Source: Hydrurus foetidus (Eukaryota). From it: 37,473 nucleotides of DNA. Location of the stretch: assembly GCA_900617105.1 (NCBI GenBank), contig UYFQ01000057.1, forward strand, positions 124,001-161,473, written 5' to 3'. Shown piece after piece: positions 1 to 11,162 of this stretch. The position numbers and the translations under genes were made by a program. The first letter of the stretch is position 1. Each line of letters starts with the position of its first letter. A model generated the notes under the pieces. The model ran no database searches and was not told the DNA's origin. It was given only the letters and a program-made list of their open reading frames with translations.

Positions 1-528
1 ATTGACCGGGCACCACACCCGCCAACCGGAGCGAAGAATGGTCTCGGTCTCCAGCGCACGGTAATTTTGCAACTGCGAGACCACGATTAGCGCCACATCG
101 AGCTCGCCGCTGACCAGCAGATGCTCCAGATAGTCGCGCCGGTCCTCGGTGATCTGCACTTTGATACGCGGAAACACGCGGCGGAACCGCTCCAGCAAAA
201 ACGGCAGGTAGTACCCCACCATGAGGCTGGTCACGCCAATATTCAGGCTGCCAGTTACCGTGTGCGGGCGCGAAGCCAGCGCGTCACGGGCATTGCGCAT
301 GGCCACCTCAATCTGGTGGGCGTGGCGCAAAAACTGATGGCCCGCATGGGTCAGCGACATACCGCGAGCCCTGCGTTCGAAAAGCAAGGTGCCAAGGTCG
401 GCCTCAATCTGCGCAATCGCTGCGGAAACCACCGATTGGGATATGCCCAATTCCTGAATGGCGGCGGAAATGGAGCCGGATTCAGCGACTGCTATGAAAT
501 ACCGAATGCTCTTGAAAGACGTACTCAT
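1..528 (-). CDS. LysR-family transcriptional regulator (N-terminal part; runs off window start)
   Basis: Manual translation from ATG at 528: MSTSFKSIRYFIAVAESGSISAAIQELGISQSVVSAAIAQIEADLGTLLFERRARGMSLTHAG, a typical LysR HTH. Not in the ORF track because it has no stop in the window. Confidence 0.9.
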   Translation of the reverse strand, partial: MSTSFKSIRYFIAVAESGSISAAIQELGISQSVVSAAIAQIEADLGTLLFERRARGMSLTHAGHQFLRHAHQIEVAMRNARDALASRPHTVTGSLNIGVTSLMVGYYLPFLLERFRRVFPRIKVQITEDRRDYLEHLLVSGELDVALIVVSQLQNYRALETETILRSGWRVWCPVN

Positions 529-643
529 TTCACTATTTCCGGGTTTCAGGCACTTCTTTGGCCCACTTAATGGAAAAAACTGCCGATGCACCGCTTTGAA
601 GCATAGGGTTAACCACTAATTAAGTGCTTTTTGGTGCGAGGTT

Positions 644-679
644 TCTGTTTTTCAGATGGATTGTATTGCCGGAGCAATA
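644..679. promoter_or_regulatory. Putative LysR binding region
   Basis: TCTG-N5-CAGA (T-N11-A) at 644-656 and palindrome TATTGC-CGGA-GCAATA at 664-679, between the divergent lysR and ABC operon. Confidence 0.45.
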
Positions 680-759
680 TGGTTCATTCAAGAGGCAAAA
701 CCTAAGATGACTTTCAGGCGCGCAGTTGCGCGCCCCAACACCCACGTCAGGAGTTCGTC

Positions 760-1911
760 ATGTCCCAAACCCGCGCATTTTTCACCGGTTTGCTGGCGGT
801 TGCCGCCGCCACCTCCAGCCTCGCAGCCCCGCCCAAAGCCGTCGGCAAGGGCGAAGGACAACTCAACATCATTGCGTGGGCCGGCTATATCGAACGTGGA
901 GAAACCGACAAAGCCTACGACTGGACCACCGGCTTCGAAAAAGCCTCTGGCTGCAAAGTTAACGTGAAGACCGCGGCCACGTCCGACGAAATGGTGTCCC
1001 TGATGAAAGCCGGTGGTTACGACCTGGTGACCGCCTCGGGAGACGCCAGCGGCCGCCTGATCGCCTCCAAGCTGGTGCAGGAAGTGAATATTGGCCTGGT
1101 TCCGAGCTACAAAAACATCGACGCCCGCCTGCAGAACGCGGCCTGGCACACGGTGGATGGCAAGCACTTCGGCGTGCCCTACCAGTCCGGCCCCAACGTG
1201 CTGATGTACAACACCGACGTGTTCAAGAAAGCCCCCGACTCCTGGGGCGTCGTGTTCGAAGAACAGAAATACCCGGACGGCAAATCCAACAAGGGCCGTG
1301 TGCAAGCCTATGACGGCGCCATCTACATCGCGGACGCTGCGCTGTACCTGATGTCCAAAAAGCCTGAGTTGGGCATCAAGGACCCCTATGAACTCAACGA
1401 CAAACAGTACGCCGCAGTGCTCGAACTGCTGCGCGGCCAGAAGAAACTGACCCACCGCTACTGGCATGACGCCACGGTGCAAATGAATGACTTCAAAAAC
1501 GAGGGCGTGGCGGCATCGGGTTCCTGGGGCTTTATGGTGAACTCCCTCAAGGGCGAGAAGAAACCTGTTGCCTCGGTGGTTCCCAAGGAAGGCGCCACGG
1601 GCTGGGCTGACACCACCATGCTGCATACCAATGCCAAGAATGTGAACTGTGCCTACCAGTGGATGGAGCACCAGCTCAGCGACAAGGTACAGGCTCCACT
1701 GGCCGAGTGGTTTGGCACGGTGCCAGTCACGCCCGCGGCCTGCAAGGCCAAGGCACCCGGTGGCAGCGACTTCTGCAAGGACAACGGCTTCAACGACTTG
1801 AACAAAATTAAATTCTGGAAGACACCCCAAGCCCAGTGCACGACCCAAGGCACCTGCGTTCCTTATTCCAAATGGGCTATGGATTACATCGCCATCATGG
1901 GCGGTCGGTAA
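760..1911 (+). CDS. ydcS: Polyamine ABC transporter substrate-binding protein (YdcS/PotD-like)
   Basis: Signal peptide; motifs [36 protein letters not shown]. Confidence 0.88.
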   Translation: MSQTRAFFTGLLAVAAATSSLAAPPKAVGKGEGQLNIIAWAGYIERGETDKAYDWTTGFEKASGCKVNVKTAATSDEMVSLMKAGGYDLVTASGDASGRLIASKLVQEVNIGLVPSYKNIDARLQNAAWHTVDGKHFGVPYQSGPNVLMYNTDVFKKAPDSWGVVFEEQKYPDGKSNKGRVQAYDGAIYIADAALYLMSKKPELGIKDPYELNDKQYAAVLELLRGQKKLTHRYWHDATVQMNDFKNEGVAASGSWGFMVNSLKGEKKPVASVVPKEGATGWADTTMLHTNAKNVNCAYQWMEHQLSDKVQAPLAEWFGTVPVTPAACKAKAPGGSDFCKDNGFNDLNKIKFWKTPQAQCTTQGTCVPYSKWAMDYIAIMGGR

Positions 1912-1931
1912 GTCTTCAACATAAGGTGTGT

Positions 1932-2957
1932 ATGCCCGTTGCAATCGAGTTCAAGGACGTGTCCAGGCATTACGGTGAAGTAAGGGCGCTGCATGGCGTC
2001 AGCTTCACCGTGCAGGAAGGGGAGTTTTTCTCCATGCTGGGGCCTTCGGGCTCCGGCAAAACCACTTCACTGCGCCTGATGGCCGGCTTTGAACAACCCA
2101 GCAGTGGCAGCCTGACCCTGCTGGGCCGGGAGGCCTCTGGCACACCTCCGTATGAGCGCGACGTCAACACCGTCTTCCAGGACTACGCGCTGTTCCCGCA
2201 CATGAATGTGTTGGACAACGTAGCCTACGGACTGATGGTGCGCAAGGTCCCCAAAGTCGAACGCCATGCCCGGGCCCGCGAGGCCCTGGCCATGGTCGCC
2301 CTGCCAGACCATGCACAGCGCACACCCGCGCAACTCTCCGGCGGCCAGCGCCAACGCGTGGCACTGGCACGCGCGCTGGTGAACCGCCCCCGCATCCTGC
2401 TGCTGGACGAGCCGCTGGGCGCACTGGACATGAAGCTGCGCGAGCAAATGCAGGTCGAGCTCAAGGTGCTGCACCGCAAGCTGGGCATCACCTTTGTCTA
2501 TGTCACCCATGACCAGGGCGAAGCCCTGTCCATGTCAGACCGTATTGCCGTCTTCAACCAAGGCCGCATCGAGCAGATCGCCAGCCCCCGTGAGCTCTAC
2601 CACCAGCCCCGCACCCGGTTTGTAGCCGATTTTGTAGGCAGTGCCAACGTCATTGACACGCCGCTGGCACTGACCATTACCGGCACAGCGCAGGCCTTTG
2701 CCGTGCGCCAGGAAAACATTGCCATCCACCTGGTGGGCACGCCCCCTGTGCCAGGCCGCTGGCTGGTCGAGGGCGAGGTGCTGGCCATCCAGTTTCTCGG
2801 CGCCAGCCAGCGCCTGGAGGTTCAGGTGGGGGGACAAGTCATCACCGCCATGCAGGCAGAAAACGAAGCAGCGTCGGCACTCGCAGCCCATACCGAGGCC
2901 GGCCAACGCGTCGCCCTGAGCTGGTCGCAGCAGCACATGGTGTTGCTGGACGCCTGA
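1932..2957 (+). CDS. ydcT: Polyamine ABC transporter ATP-binding protein
   Basis: Walker A GPSGSGKT, signature [19 protein letters not shown]. Start placed at ATG 1932 after AAGG. Confidence 0.9.
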   Translation: MPVAIEFKDVSRHYGEVRALHGVSFTVQEGEFFSMLGPSGSGKTTSLRLMAGFEQPSSGSLTLLGREASGTPPYERDVNTVFQDYALFPHMNVLDNVAYGLMVRKVPKVERHARAREALAMVALPDHAQRTPAQLSGGQRQRVALARALVNRPRILLLDEPLGALDMKLREQMQVELKVLHRKLGITFVYVTHDQGEALSMSDRIAVFNQGRIEQIASPRELYHQPRTRFVADFVGSANVIDTPLALTITGTAQAFAVRQENIAIHLVGTPPVPGRWLVEGEVLAIQFLGASQRLEVQVGGQVITAMQAENEAASALAAHTEAGQRVALSWSQQHMVLLDA

Positions 2958-2967
2958 GCCCCCCGCC

Positions 2968-3870
2968 ATGCGCGCACTCTCCAACCTGTTTTACCAGCGG
3001 CGCACGCTCACGCTGCTGTTGATCCTCACGCCCCCCCTGTTGTGGTTTGGCGTGGTCTACGTGGGCTCGCTGCTCACGCTGCTGAGCCAAAGCGTGTTCG
3101 TGTTTGACGACATGAGCATGTCGGTGGTCGCCGAAATCACCACGGACAACTTTGCCAATCTGCTGGTACCAGCCAACCTGGACATCGTGCTGCGCACACT
3201 GGGCATGGCCATCGCCGTGACGCTGGGCACAGTGCTCATAGGGTTCCCCATGGCCTATTACATGGCACACCACGCCGGCCCGGCGGAGAAAGGCTTCTTC
3301 TATGTCGGCGTGATGCTGCCCATGTGGGCCAGCTACATCGTGAAAGCCTATGCCTGGACAGTGCTGCTGGCCCAGGGCGGCGTGGTCTACTGGGTCATCA
3401 ACGCATTGGGCTTGCAAGGTGCACTGCAAACCGTGCTCGCCATCCCGGTGATGGGTGGTGACACGCTGGCCACCTCCAACCTGGGGCGCTTTCTGGTGTT
3501 CACCTACATCTGGTTGCCCTTCATGGTGTTGCCCATCCATGCCGCCATTGAGCGGGTACCCGCCAACCTGCTGCTGGCCTCGGGCGACCTGGGGGCCCGC
3601 CCCTGGCAGACCTTTCGCACCGTGCTGTGGCCGCTGGCCTTCCCTGGCGTGGCGGCGGGCTCCATCTTCACCTTTTCGCTCACGCTGGGCGACTACATCA
3701 TTCCCCAGCTGGTCGGTCCCTCGGGCCTGTACATTGGCAACATGGTCTACACCATGCAAGGCACCATCGGCAACATCCCCATGGCCGCGGCATTCACCTG
3801 CGTACCGATTGTGTTGATCACCATTTACCTCGCCATCGCGCGCAGATTGGGGGCCTTCAATGCACTCTAA
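2968..3870 (+). CDS. ydcU: Polyamine ABC transporter permease
   Basis: Hydrophobic; EAA-like loop [13 protein letters not shown]; PotB-like. Confidence 0.87.
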   Translation: MRALSNLFYQRRTLTLLLILTPPLLWFGVVYVGSLLTLLSQSVFVFDDMSMSVVAEITTDNFANLLVPANLDIVLRTLGMAIAVTLGTVLIGFPMAYYMAHHAGPAEKGFFYVGVMLPMWASYIVKAYAWTVLLAQGGVVYWVINALGLQGALQTVLAIPVMGGDTLATSNLGRFLVFTYIWLPFMVLPIHAAIERVPANLLLASGDLGARPWQTFRTVLWPLAFPGVAAGSIFTFSLTLGDYIIPQLVGPSGLYIGNMVYTMQGTIGNIPMAAAFTCVPIVLITIYLAIARRLGAFNAL

Positions 3871-4657
3871 GCACCTTGGGCTTCGTATGGTCGCCTACGC
3901 GGGCTTGGCTTTCCTGCACCTGCCTTTGCTGTTCATTGCGCTGTACGCCTTCAACAATGCCGAGAGCAGCTACAGCTTTCCCATCGAGGGGCTTACGCTG
4001 CGCTGGTTCGCCCGCGCGTTGGAGCGCACCGACATCCACGAGGCGATTTACCTCTCCTTGTCGGTCGCAGCCATGGCCACCCTTATTGCCATGGCGCTGG
4101 GTACGCTCACGGCTGTGGCGCTAAACCGTGATCGCTTTTTTGGCAAGAACGCCTTCACCACCATGTTGATCCTGCCCATCGCACTGCCGGGCATCGTGAC
4201 CGGCATTGCCCTGCTATCAGCCTTCAAACTGCTGGAGGTCACCCCGGGCTTCTGGACCATCGTGGTGGGCCATGCCACCTTCTGCGTAGTCATCGTGCAT
4301 AACAACGTGGTGGCCCGCCTGCGCCGCCTTCCCGGCCGCCTGTGGGAGGCCTCCATGGACCTGGGCGCCGACACGCTCACCACGCTGCGCTACATCATCC
4401 TGCCGCAGCTGGGCACGGCCCTGCTGGCCGGTGGCATTCTGGCCTTTGCGCTGTCGGTGGATGAACTGATCGTGACCACCTTCACCGCGGGCGCCGACAA
4501 GACCCTGCCGATCTGGCTCATGGGCCAGTTGGGCCGGCCGCGTGAGGCGGCCATCACCAATGTGGTCGCACTGGCCATCATGGTTATCACCATGCCATTG
4601 ATTTTGCTGGCCTGGCGCTTGACGCGTGATGGCGACGCCAGCCCCAACACGCGCTAG
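3860..4657 (+). CDS. ydcV: Polyamine ABC transporter permease
   Basis: EASMDLGA motif; PotC-like; overlaps the previous gene. Confidence 0.87.
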   Translation: MHSKHLGLRMVAYAGLAFLHLPLLFIALYAFNNAESSYSFPIEGLTLRWFARALERTDIHEAIYLSLSVAAMATLIAMALGTLTAVALNRDRFFGKNAFTTMLILPIALPGIVTGIALLSAFKLLEVTPGFWTIVVGHATFCVVIVHNNVVARLRRLPGRLWEASMDLGADTLTTLRYIILPQLGTALLAGGILAFALSVDELIVTTFTAGADKTLPIWLMGQLGRPREAAITNVVALAIMVITMPLILLAWRLTRDGDASPNTR

Positions 4658-4704
4658 TCACCTTTTACCCATTTCCTGTTTCCCCACCCTTTCGGAGGCC
4701 CACC

Positions 4705-6150
4705 ATGGCTGTCACCCGCTTTCCCACCCAACTCCTGATCAATGGCCAACGCGTGACCGGTGAGGGTCGCGCAGAGTCCATCCTCAACCCGTCCACTGGC
4801 GAACAGCTGTGCGAAGTCCGCGAGGCCAGTGCCGACCAGCTCCGCCTGGCGGTGGACGCCGCCCACACAGCTTTCCCCGCCTGGGCCGCCCTCACCCCGC
4901 GGGACCGAGGCGCCTACCTGTTCAAAATTGCCGACGCGATTGAAGCCCATGGCGACGAGTTCGCCATGCTGGAATCGCTGAACTGTGGCAAACCGCTGGC
5001 CGCGGCACGCAATGACGAGATCCCCGCCATTGCCGACGTGTACCGCTTCTTTGCCGGTGCCATCCGCAATATGTCGGGTGCATTGGCTGGCGAATACCTG
5101 CCGGGCCACACGAGCATGATCCGCCGCGACCCGCTGGGCGTGGTCGCCTCTATCGCGCCCTGGAACTACCCACTCATGATGGCGGCCTGGAAGCTGGGGC
5201 CGGCCATTGCCATGGGCAACACGGTGGTGCTCAAGCCCTCGGAAATGACACCACTGACCACGCTGCGCATGGGTGAGCTGCTGGCCGAGATATTGCCGCC
5301 TGGCGTCGTCAACATCGTGTGCGGCCGAGGTGACACCGTGGGTGCACCGCTGATCCGCGACCCACGCATTCGCATGGCATCGCTCACGGGGGATGTGTCC
5401 ACCGGCAGCAAGATCATGGAGTCAGCCGCGCGCGGCATCAAGCGCACCCATCTGGAGTTGGGTGGCAAGGCCCCGGTGATCGTGCTGGACGATGCCAATT
5501 TGGCCAGTGTGGTCGAAGGCCTGCGCACCTTTGGCTACTACAACGCCGGGCAGGACTGCACGGCCGCCTGCCGCGTCTATGCCACCGAGGGCATTTACGA
5601 GAAGCTGGTGGCTGACCTCAGCAGCGCGGTATCCACCATCAAAACCGGTACCCAGCAAGAGCCCGGTGTGGAAATGGGACCGCTGATCTCGGCACGCCAA
5701 CGGGACCGCGTCGCCAGCTTTGTAGACCGCGCGGGCCAGTTGCCGCATGTGGAAATTACTGCCGGTGGCAGCACGGTGGGCAACACGGGCTTCTTCTACA
5801 AACCCACCGTGGTGGCCGGTGCCCTGCAGGACGACGAGATTGTGCGCAGCGAAGTGTTTGGCCCCGTGGTGTCCATCACCCGCGTGAAAGATGCGGATCA
5901 GGCAGTGGCCTGGGCCAACGATTCGGACTACGGTCTCTCCAGCTCGGTGTGGACCAGCGATGTGGGCCGCGCCATGGGTATCGCCGCCCGCCTGCAGTAC
6001 GGTTGCACCTGGGTCAACACCCACTTCATGTTGGTGTCTGAAATGCCGCACGGCGGCATGAAGCATTCGGGATACGGCAAGGACATGTCGGTCTACGCAC
6101 TCGAAGACTACAGCTGTGCCCGCCATATCATGGTCAAGCACAACGCCTGA
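4705..6150 (+). CDS. patD: Gamma-aminobutyraldehyde dehydrogenase
   Basis: ALDH motifs [46 protein letters not shown]; ydcSTUV-ydcW synteny. Confidence 0.88.
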   Translation: MAVTRFPTQLLINGQRVTGEGRAESILNPSTGEQLCEVREASADQLRLAVDAAHTAFPAWAALTPRDRGAYLFKIADAIEAHGDEFAMLESLNCGKPLAAARNDEIPAIADVYRFFAGAIRNMSGALAGEYLPGHTSMIRRDPLGVVASIAPWNYPLMMAAWKLGPAIAMGNTVVLKPSEMTPLTTLRMGELLAEILPPGVVNIVCGRGDTVGAPLIRDPRIRMASLTGDVSTGSKIMESAARGIKRTHLELGGKAPVIVLDDANLASVVEGLRTFGYYNAGQDCTAACRVYATEGIYEKLVADLSSAVSTIKTGTQQEPGVEMGPLISARQRDRVASFVDRAGQLPHVEITAGGSTVGNTGFFYKPTVVAGALQDDEIVRSEVFGPVVSITRVKDADQAVAWANDSDYGLSSSVWTSDVGRAMGIAARLQYGCTWVNTHFMLVSEMPHGGMKHSGYGKDMSVYALEDYSCARHIMVKHNA

Positions 6151-6177
6151 TCCAACCCATTTTGTGAGCGCGTTTTT

Positions 6178-7476
6178 ATGACCACCAACACCCCCACCAC
6201 CAATTCCGCCCTCATGGCCCGCCGCCGGGCCGCCATCCCGCGCGGCGTGGGTCAAAGCCACGAAGTCTTCATCGCCAGGGGCGAAAACGCCGAGGTCTGG
6301 GACGTGGAAGGCCGACGCTACATCGACTTTGCGGGCGGCATTGCCGTGCTCAATACCGGCCATCGTCACCCGCAAATCATTGCGGCGGTCAAAGACCAGC
6401 TCGACCACTACACCCACACCTGCTTCCAGGTTCTGGCGTACGAGCCCTATGTGGAGCTGGCCGAACGCATCAACGCACTGGCGCCCGGCAACTTTGACAA
6501 GAAAACTTTCTTTCTGAGTTCGGGCGCAGAAGCCGTGGAAAACGCCGTCAAGATCGCCCGGGCCTACACCAAGCGTTCCGGCATCATCGCCTTCACCAGC
6601 AGTTACCATGGCCGCACGCTGCTCACACTGGGCATGACTGGCAAGGTGGCTCCCTACAAGCTCGGATTTGGCCCCTTCCCTGCCGAGATCTTCCATGCGC
6701 AGTTTCCCAACGCGCTGCATGGGGTCAGCGTGGACGATGCCATCGCGTCAGTGGAAAGCATTTTCAAGAACGACATCGAGGCCACTCGCGTGGCGGCCAT
6801 CATCGTGGAACCGGTCCAGGGCGAAGGCGGCTTCAATGTCGCACCCTTTGACTTCTTGCAGCGCCTGCGTGCCCTGTGCGACCAGCACGGCATTCTGCTG
6901 ATTGCCGACGAAATCCAGACCGGCGCCGGGCGCACGGGCACCTGGTTTGCCATCGAACAAAGCTGCGTGGCACCCGACCTCATCACCATGGCCAAATCCA
7001 TGGCGGGAGGTTTTCCCATCTCTGCCGTGGTGGGCCGCGCTGAAGTAATGGACGCACCGGCGCCCGGTGGACTGGGTGGCACCTACGCCGGCAGTCCGCT
7101 CGGTTGCGCAGCGGCACTGGCCGTGCTGCAGATCTTTGAGAAAGAGAAACTGCTGCAACGCAGCCAGACCATGGGTCAGCGCATCACTGCCCGCCTGCAG
7201 GCGCTAGCGACCCAGCACCCCGTGATTGCCGATGTACGCGGCCTGGGCGCCATGGTGGCCGTGGAGCTCTGCAAGAACGGCGACGTGCACCAACCCGATG
7301 CCGACCTGACCAAGCGCCTGTGTGCGGAGGCCACCAAACAGGGGCTCATCCTCCTGTCCTGCGGCACCTACGGCAACGTGGTGCGCATTCTGGTGCCGCT
7401 AACCGCGAGCGACGCCATCGTGGACGAGGGCCTGGACATGCTGGAAGCCGCCTTGGCGACTGCGCTGCAGGCCTGA
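6178..7476 (+). CDS. gabT: 4-aminobutyrate aminotransferase
   Basis: Class III aminotransferase: YIDFAGGIAVLNTGH, EPVQGEGG, ADEIQTG, MAKSMAGG. Confidence 0.9.
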   Translation: MTTNTPTTNSALMARRRAAIPRGVGQSHEVFIARGENAEVWDVEGRRYIDFAGGIAVLNTGHRHPQIIAAVKDQLDHYTHTCFQVLAYEPYVELAERINALAPGNFDKKTFFLSSGAEAVENAVKIARAYTKRSGIIAFTSSYHGRTLLTLGMTGKVAPYKLGFGPFPAEIFHAQFPNALHGVSVDDAIASVESIFKNDIEATRVAAIIVEPVQGEGGFNVAPFDFLQRLRALCDQHGILLIADEIQTGAGRTGTWFAIEQSCVAPDLITMAKSMAGGFPISAVVGRAEVMDAPAPGGLGGTYAGSPLGCAAALAVLQIFEKEKLLQRSQTMGQRITARLQALATQHPVIADVRGLGAMVAVELCKNGDVHQPDADLTKRLCAEATKQGLILLSCGTYGNVVRILVPLTASDAIVDEGLDMLEAALATALQA

Positions 7477-7528
7477 AACCAGGGTACGGAAGTACCATAG
7501 ACCCGTCCGCCCCGCCTTGTCCTTTGCC

Positions 7529-9016
7529 ATGACCACAGAGAGCCCCATGAACAGCCCACTTACCCTGCTCAAAGACCCCACCCTCCTGAAGACCGACGCT
7601 CTGATCAACGGAGCCTGGGTGTCTGGCGCGAGCCGCTTTGATGTGCTGGACCCCGCAACCGGCCAGAAGCTGGCCGACGTGGCTAACCTGGGCCCCAAGG
7701 ACGCCGATGCCGCCATCGCGGCAGCCAACGCGGCCCTGCCCGCCTGGCGCGGCAAAACTGCCAAGGAACGCAGCATCATCCTGCGCAAATGGTTCGATTT
7801 GCTGATGGCCAACCAAGAGGATTTGGCCCGCATCATGACGGCAGAGCAAGGCAAGCCCTTTGCCGAGGCCAAGGGCGAGATTGCCTACGGAGCAAGCTTT
7901 GTGGAATGGTTCGCCGAAGAGGCCAAACGCGTGAATGGCGAGACTCTGCCGCAGTTCGACAACAACCGCCGCCTGATGGTGATCAAGCAACCCATTGGCG
8001 TGTGTGCCGCCATCACACCCTGGAACTTCCCGCTGGCGATGATCACGCGCAAGGTGGCACCCGCCTTGGCGGCCGGCTGCACGGTACTGATCAAGCCTGC
8101 AGAGCTGACACCGCTCACCGCCCTGGCCGCGGCCGAGCTGGCGATCCGCGCCGGCATTCCGGCCGGTGTTATCAATATGGTCACGGCCGATAGCGAACAA
8201 TCGATTGCCGTGGGCAAGGTCATTTGCGCCAGCGATGTGGTGCGCCACCTGAGCTTCACCGGGTCCACCGAAGTCGGCCGCCTCCTCATGGCGCAAAGCG
8301 CGCCCACCGTCAAAAAACTATCGCTGGAGTTGGGGGGCAACGCGCCCTTCATCGTGTTCGACGACGCCGATGTGGACTCGGCCGTGGAAGGCGCGCTGGC
8401 CAGCAAGTACCGCAACGCGGGCCAGACCTGCGTGTGTGCCAACCGTTTCTATGTGCAGGCCGGTGTGTATGAGCAGTTCGTGGCCAAGTTCACTGCCAAG
8501 GTGAAGGCCATGAAGGTCGGCAACGGCTTTGAGGACGGCGTGCTACAAGGCCCGCTGATTGAGGATGCGGCGGTAGAGAAGGTCAAACGCCATGTGGCCG
8601 ACGCGGTGGCCAAGGGTGGCAAAGTGGAAACCGGTGGCCACGCCCTACACGGCCAGTTCTTTGAGCCCACGGTCGTATCCGGCGCCACCGCAGACATGCT
8701 GTGCGCCCGCGAAGAAACCTTTGGCCCCTTTGCGCCAGTGTTCAAGTTCAACACCGAGCAGGAGGCCATTGACGCCGCCAACGCCACCGAATTCGGCTTG
8801 GCCAGCTACTTCTACAGCCGCGATATTGGCCGCATCTACCGCGTGGGTGAGGCGCTGGAGTACGGCATGGTGGGCATCAACGTCGGCATTCTGGCCACCG
8901 AACATGTGCCCTTTGGCGGGGTCAAGCAATCCGGCCTGGGCCGCGAAGGCTCGCACTTTGGCATGGACGACTATGTGGAGGTGAAGTACCTCTGCTTGGG
9001 CGACATTCAGAAGTAA
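7529..9016 (+). CDS. gabD: NAD(P)-dependent succinate-semialdehyde dehydrogenase
   Basis: TPWNFP, LELGGNAP, RNAGQTCVCAN, EETFGP, PFGGVKQSGLGREG. Start is ATG 7529 or 7547. Confidence 0.92.
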   Translation: MTTESPMNSPLTLLKDPTLLKTDALINGAWVSGASRFDVLDPATGQKLADVANLGPKDADAAIAAANAALPAWRGKTAKERSIILRKWFDLLMANQEDLARIMTAEQGKPFAEAKGEIAYGASFVEWFAEEAKRVNGETLPQFDNNRRLMVIKQPIGVCAAITPWNFPLAMITRKVAPALAAGCTVLIKPAELTPLTALAAAELAIRAGIPAGVINMVTADSEQSIAVGKVICASDVVRHLSFTGSTEVGRLLMAQSAPTVKKLSLELGGNAPFIVFDDADVDSAVEGALASKYRNAGQTCVCANRFYVQAGVYEQFVAKFTAKVKAMKVGNGFEDGVLQGPLIEDAAVEKVKRHVADAVAKGGKVETGGHALHGQFFEPTVVSGATADMLCAREETFGPFAPVFKFNTEQEAIDAANATEFGLASYFYSRDIGRIYRVGEALEYGMVGINVGILATEHVPFGGVKQSGLGREGSHFGMDDYVEVKYLCLGDIQK

Positions 9017-9039
9017 ACGGCATAGGCATCCCCTCCAAG

Positions 9040-9060
9040 CCCGCTTCGGCGGGATTTTTT
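9040..9060 (+). terminator. Rho-independent terminator after gabD
   Basis: CCCGC-TTCG-GCGGG stem-loop followed by ATTTTTT. Confidence 0.85.
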
Positions 9061-9072
9061 GCGGCCAATCCA

Positions 9073-9121
9073 TTGCCTTAGCAAACAAAGCCTTGACAAT
9101 AATTGCCTAAGCAATTAATAT
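9073..9121 (+). promoter_or_regulatory. Sigma70 promoter with two putative MarR operators
   Basis: TTGACA (9093-9098), 17 bp, TAATAT (9116-9121). Palindromes TTGCCTTAGCAA (9073-9084) and AATTGCCTAAGCAATT (9101-9116). Confidence 0.75.
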
Positions 9122-9128
9122 TCTGGCC

Positions 9129-9653
9129 ATGCAAGATTCCGACCCCACCCCCAGCTTCTACTGCGCCGCAGACTACAAGCCTGAGGGCAGCGTGGGCTAC
9201 CTGATGCGGCAAATCATTAACCATGTCGGGCAGGAGGTGGAGCGCCAGCTGGCCCACACCGGGCTGACCAACGCGCAGTGGATTCCGCTGTTCAAGATGT
9301 ACACCAAGCGCGCGTCCACCGTGGCCGAACTGGCGCGCGAATGCCAGCTGGATGCAGGTGCCACGACCCGCATGCTGGACCGACTGGAAGCCAAAGGCCT
9401 GTGCCAGCGCAAGCGGTCTGAGGAAGACCGGCGCGTGGTGCACATCGAACTGACCGAAGCAGGCAATAGCGCCGCATCCGAAATCCCGCGGGTGTTGAGC
9501 GGGGTGCAAAACGCCCACCTGGTCGGCTTTTCCGCAGAAGAATTTGAACTCCTCAAGAGCCTGTTGCAGCGCATCTTGGACAACTCCAAAACCATCGTTA
9601 CGACCGCGATGGTTCCCAATACCACCACCACAGGAGGCCCCGATGCGGCTTGA
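9129..9653 (+). CDS. MarR-family transcriptional regulator
   Basis: GLTNAQW...TVAELARECQLDAGATTRMLDRLEAKGL...DRRVVHIELTEAG. Confidence 0.92.
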   Translation: MQDSDPTPSFYCAADYKPEGSVGYLMRQIINHVGQEVERQLAHTGLTNAQWIPLFKMYTKRASTVAELARECQLDAGATTRMLDRLEAKGLCQRKRSEEDRRVVHIELTEAGNSAASEIPRVLSGVQNAHLVGFSAEEFELLKSLLQRILDNSKTIVTTAMVPNTTTTGGPDAA

Positions 9654-11124
9654 TTCCCCCACTTCCACCCGCTGGGCCCGCCACACACTGACTGTGGTGG
9701 CCTTGGCTTCCCTCTCCGCATGCGCCAATTTTTCGGGCATTTTTCCGCAGGCTAAGCCCATCGCGCCACAAGCCGTGGGCCTGTCGCAAGACGCCATTCC
9801 CGCTGCCAGCCCTGCGCTGGACGCCCAATGGTGGAAAACCTTTGGTGACAGCCAGCTCAACACGCTGGTAGACCAGGCGCTGGCCAACAGCCCGTCGCTA
9901 CGCGTTGCACAAGCCCGACTCCAGCGCGTGCAAGCGGTGATTGATATCGCCGATTCGACCACCCTGCCCCAGGTCAACGCCAGCCTGGATGCGACGCAGC
10001 AAAAGTACACCAAGAACGGCATGATCCCCGCGCCCCTGGCTGGCTCCATCCGTGACAGCGGCACCCTGCAGGCCAGCGCCAGTTGGGAGCTGGACCTGTT
10101 TGGCAAAAATCGCGCAGCACTGGACGCTGCTATTGGCCAAAGCCGCGCGGCACAAGCCGATGCCCAGGCCGCCCGCATGGTGCTGGCCAGCACTGTGGCC
10201 CGCAACTACTTCCAGTGGGTGCGCATTCAGGGCCAGCTGGACGTCGCCCAACGCACCCTCATGCAGCGCCAACAGTCCCAGCAACTCGTGCAAGACCGCG
10301 TGAAAGCCGGCTTGGATACCGCGCTGGAACAGCAGCAAAGCGACAGCGCCCTGCCCGATGCGCGCTACCAGATTGAGGCGCTGAAAGAGCAGGAAGCGTT
10401 GCTGGTGAACGCCCTCACCGCCCTGACTTCACAGCCAAATGGTGCTCTAGCCCTCGTCAAACCTGCGCTAGAAGCTATCAAATCGATAGCAAATGCGCAA
10501 GCCGAAGTGAAGTCCATTCCGCTGGACCTGCTGGGCCGCCGCGCGGATGTGTCTGCCGCCCGCTGGCGTGTGGAGGCGGCCACCCATGACGTGAGCGCTG
10601 CCCGCGCCCAGTTCTATCCCAACATCAACCTGACCGCGTTTGCCGGCTTCTCCAGCATCGGGCTGGAGCGCCTGGTACAAGCCGGCAGTGACCAATGGGG
10701 TGTGGGCCCGGCCATCCGCCTGCCCATCTTTGAAGGCGGCCGCCTGCGTGCCAACCTCAAGGGCAAGACCGCCGACCTGGACGCCGCCATCGAGACCTAC
10801 AACGGCCTGGTCATCGACGCAGTACATGACGTAGCCGACCAGCTGGCTAGCACCCAGGCACTGCGCCGCCAGCAGACTGAGCAGCGCGCTGCACAAAGCT
10901 CGGCCGAATCGGCCTACGCCATTGCCGTGCAGCGCTACGAAGCGGGCCTGGGCAACTACCTCAACGTGCTCAACGCCGAAACCTCCGTGCTCACCCAGCG
11001 CCGCCTGGCTGTGGACCTCGCCGCCCGTGCGCTGGACACCCAAGTGCAGCTAATCCGCGCTCTGGGCGGTGGCTACACCGAACCCGACACCGCGAACGCC
11101 ACCACCCTGGCCGCCGCCAAGTAA
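9643..11124 (+). CDS. Efflux outer-membrane factor lipoprotein (NodT/OprM family)
   Basis: Lipobox LSAC; WWKTFGD, SWELDLFG, LLGRRADV, ALGGG. ATG 9643 follows AGGAGG. Confidence 0.9.
   Translation: MRLDSPTSTRWARHTLTVVALASLSACANFSGIFPQAKPIAPQAVGLSQDAIPAASPALDAQWWKTFGDSQLNTLVDQALANSPSLRVAQARLQRVQAVIDIADSTTLPQVNASLDATQQKYTKNGMIPAPLAGSIRDSGTLQASASWELDLFGKNRAALDAAIGQSRAAQADAQAARMVLASTVARNYFQWVRIQGQLDVAQRTLMQRQQSQQLVQDRVKAGLDTALEQQQSDSALPDARYQIEALKEQEALLVNALTALTSQPNGALALVKPALEAIKSIANAQAEVKSIPLDLLGRRADVSAARWRVEAATHDVSAARAQFYPNINLTAFAGFSSIGLERLVQAGSDQWGVGPAIRLPIFEGGRLRANLKGKTADLDAAIETYNGLVIDAVHDVADQLASTQALRRQQTEQRAAQSSAESAYAIAVQRYEAGLGNYLNVLNAETSVLTQRRLAVDLAARALDTQVQLIRALGGGYTEPDTANATTLAAAK
10433..10491 (+). 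repeat. ~59-bp dispersed repeat, copy inside the OMF coding sequence
   Basis: agccaaatggtgctcTAGCCctcgtcaaacctGCGCtagaAGCTATcaaatcgaTAGCA; aligns without gaps to the other copies. Confidence 0.75.
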
Positions 11125-11162
11125 TTGAACCCCACTACATCCCCTGACCAGGCAGACCCATC

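Noticed and set aside
121..570. 149-aa plus-strand ORF
   Set aside because: Antisense shadow of the LysR gene.
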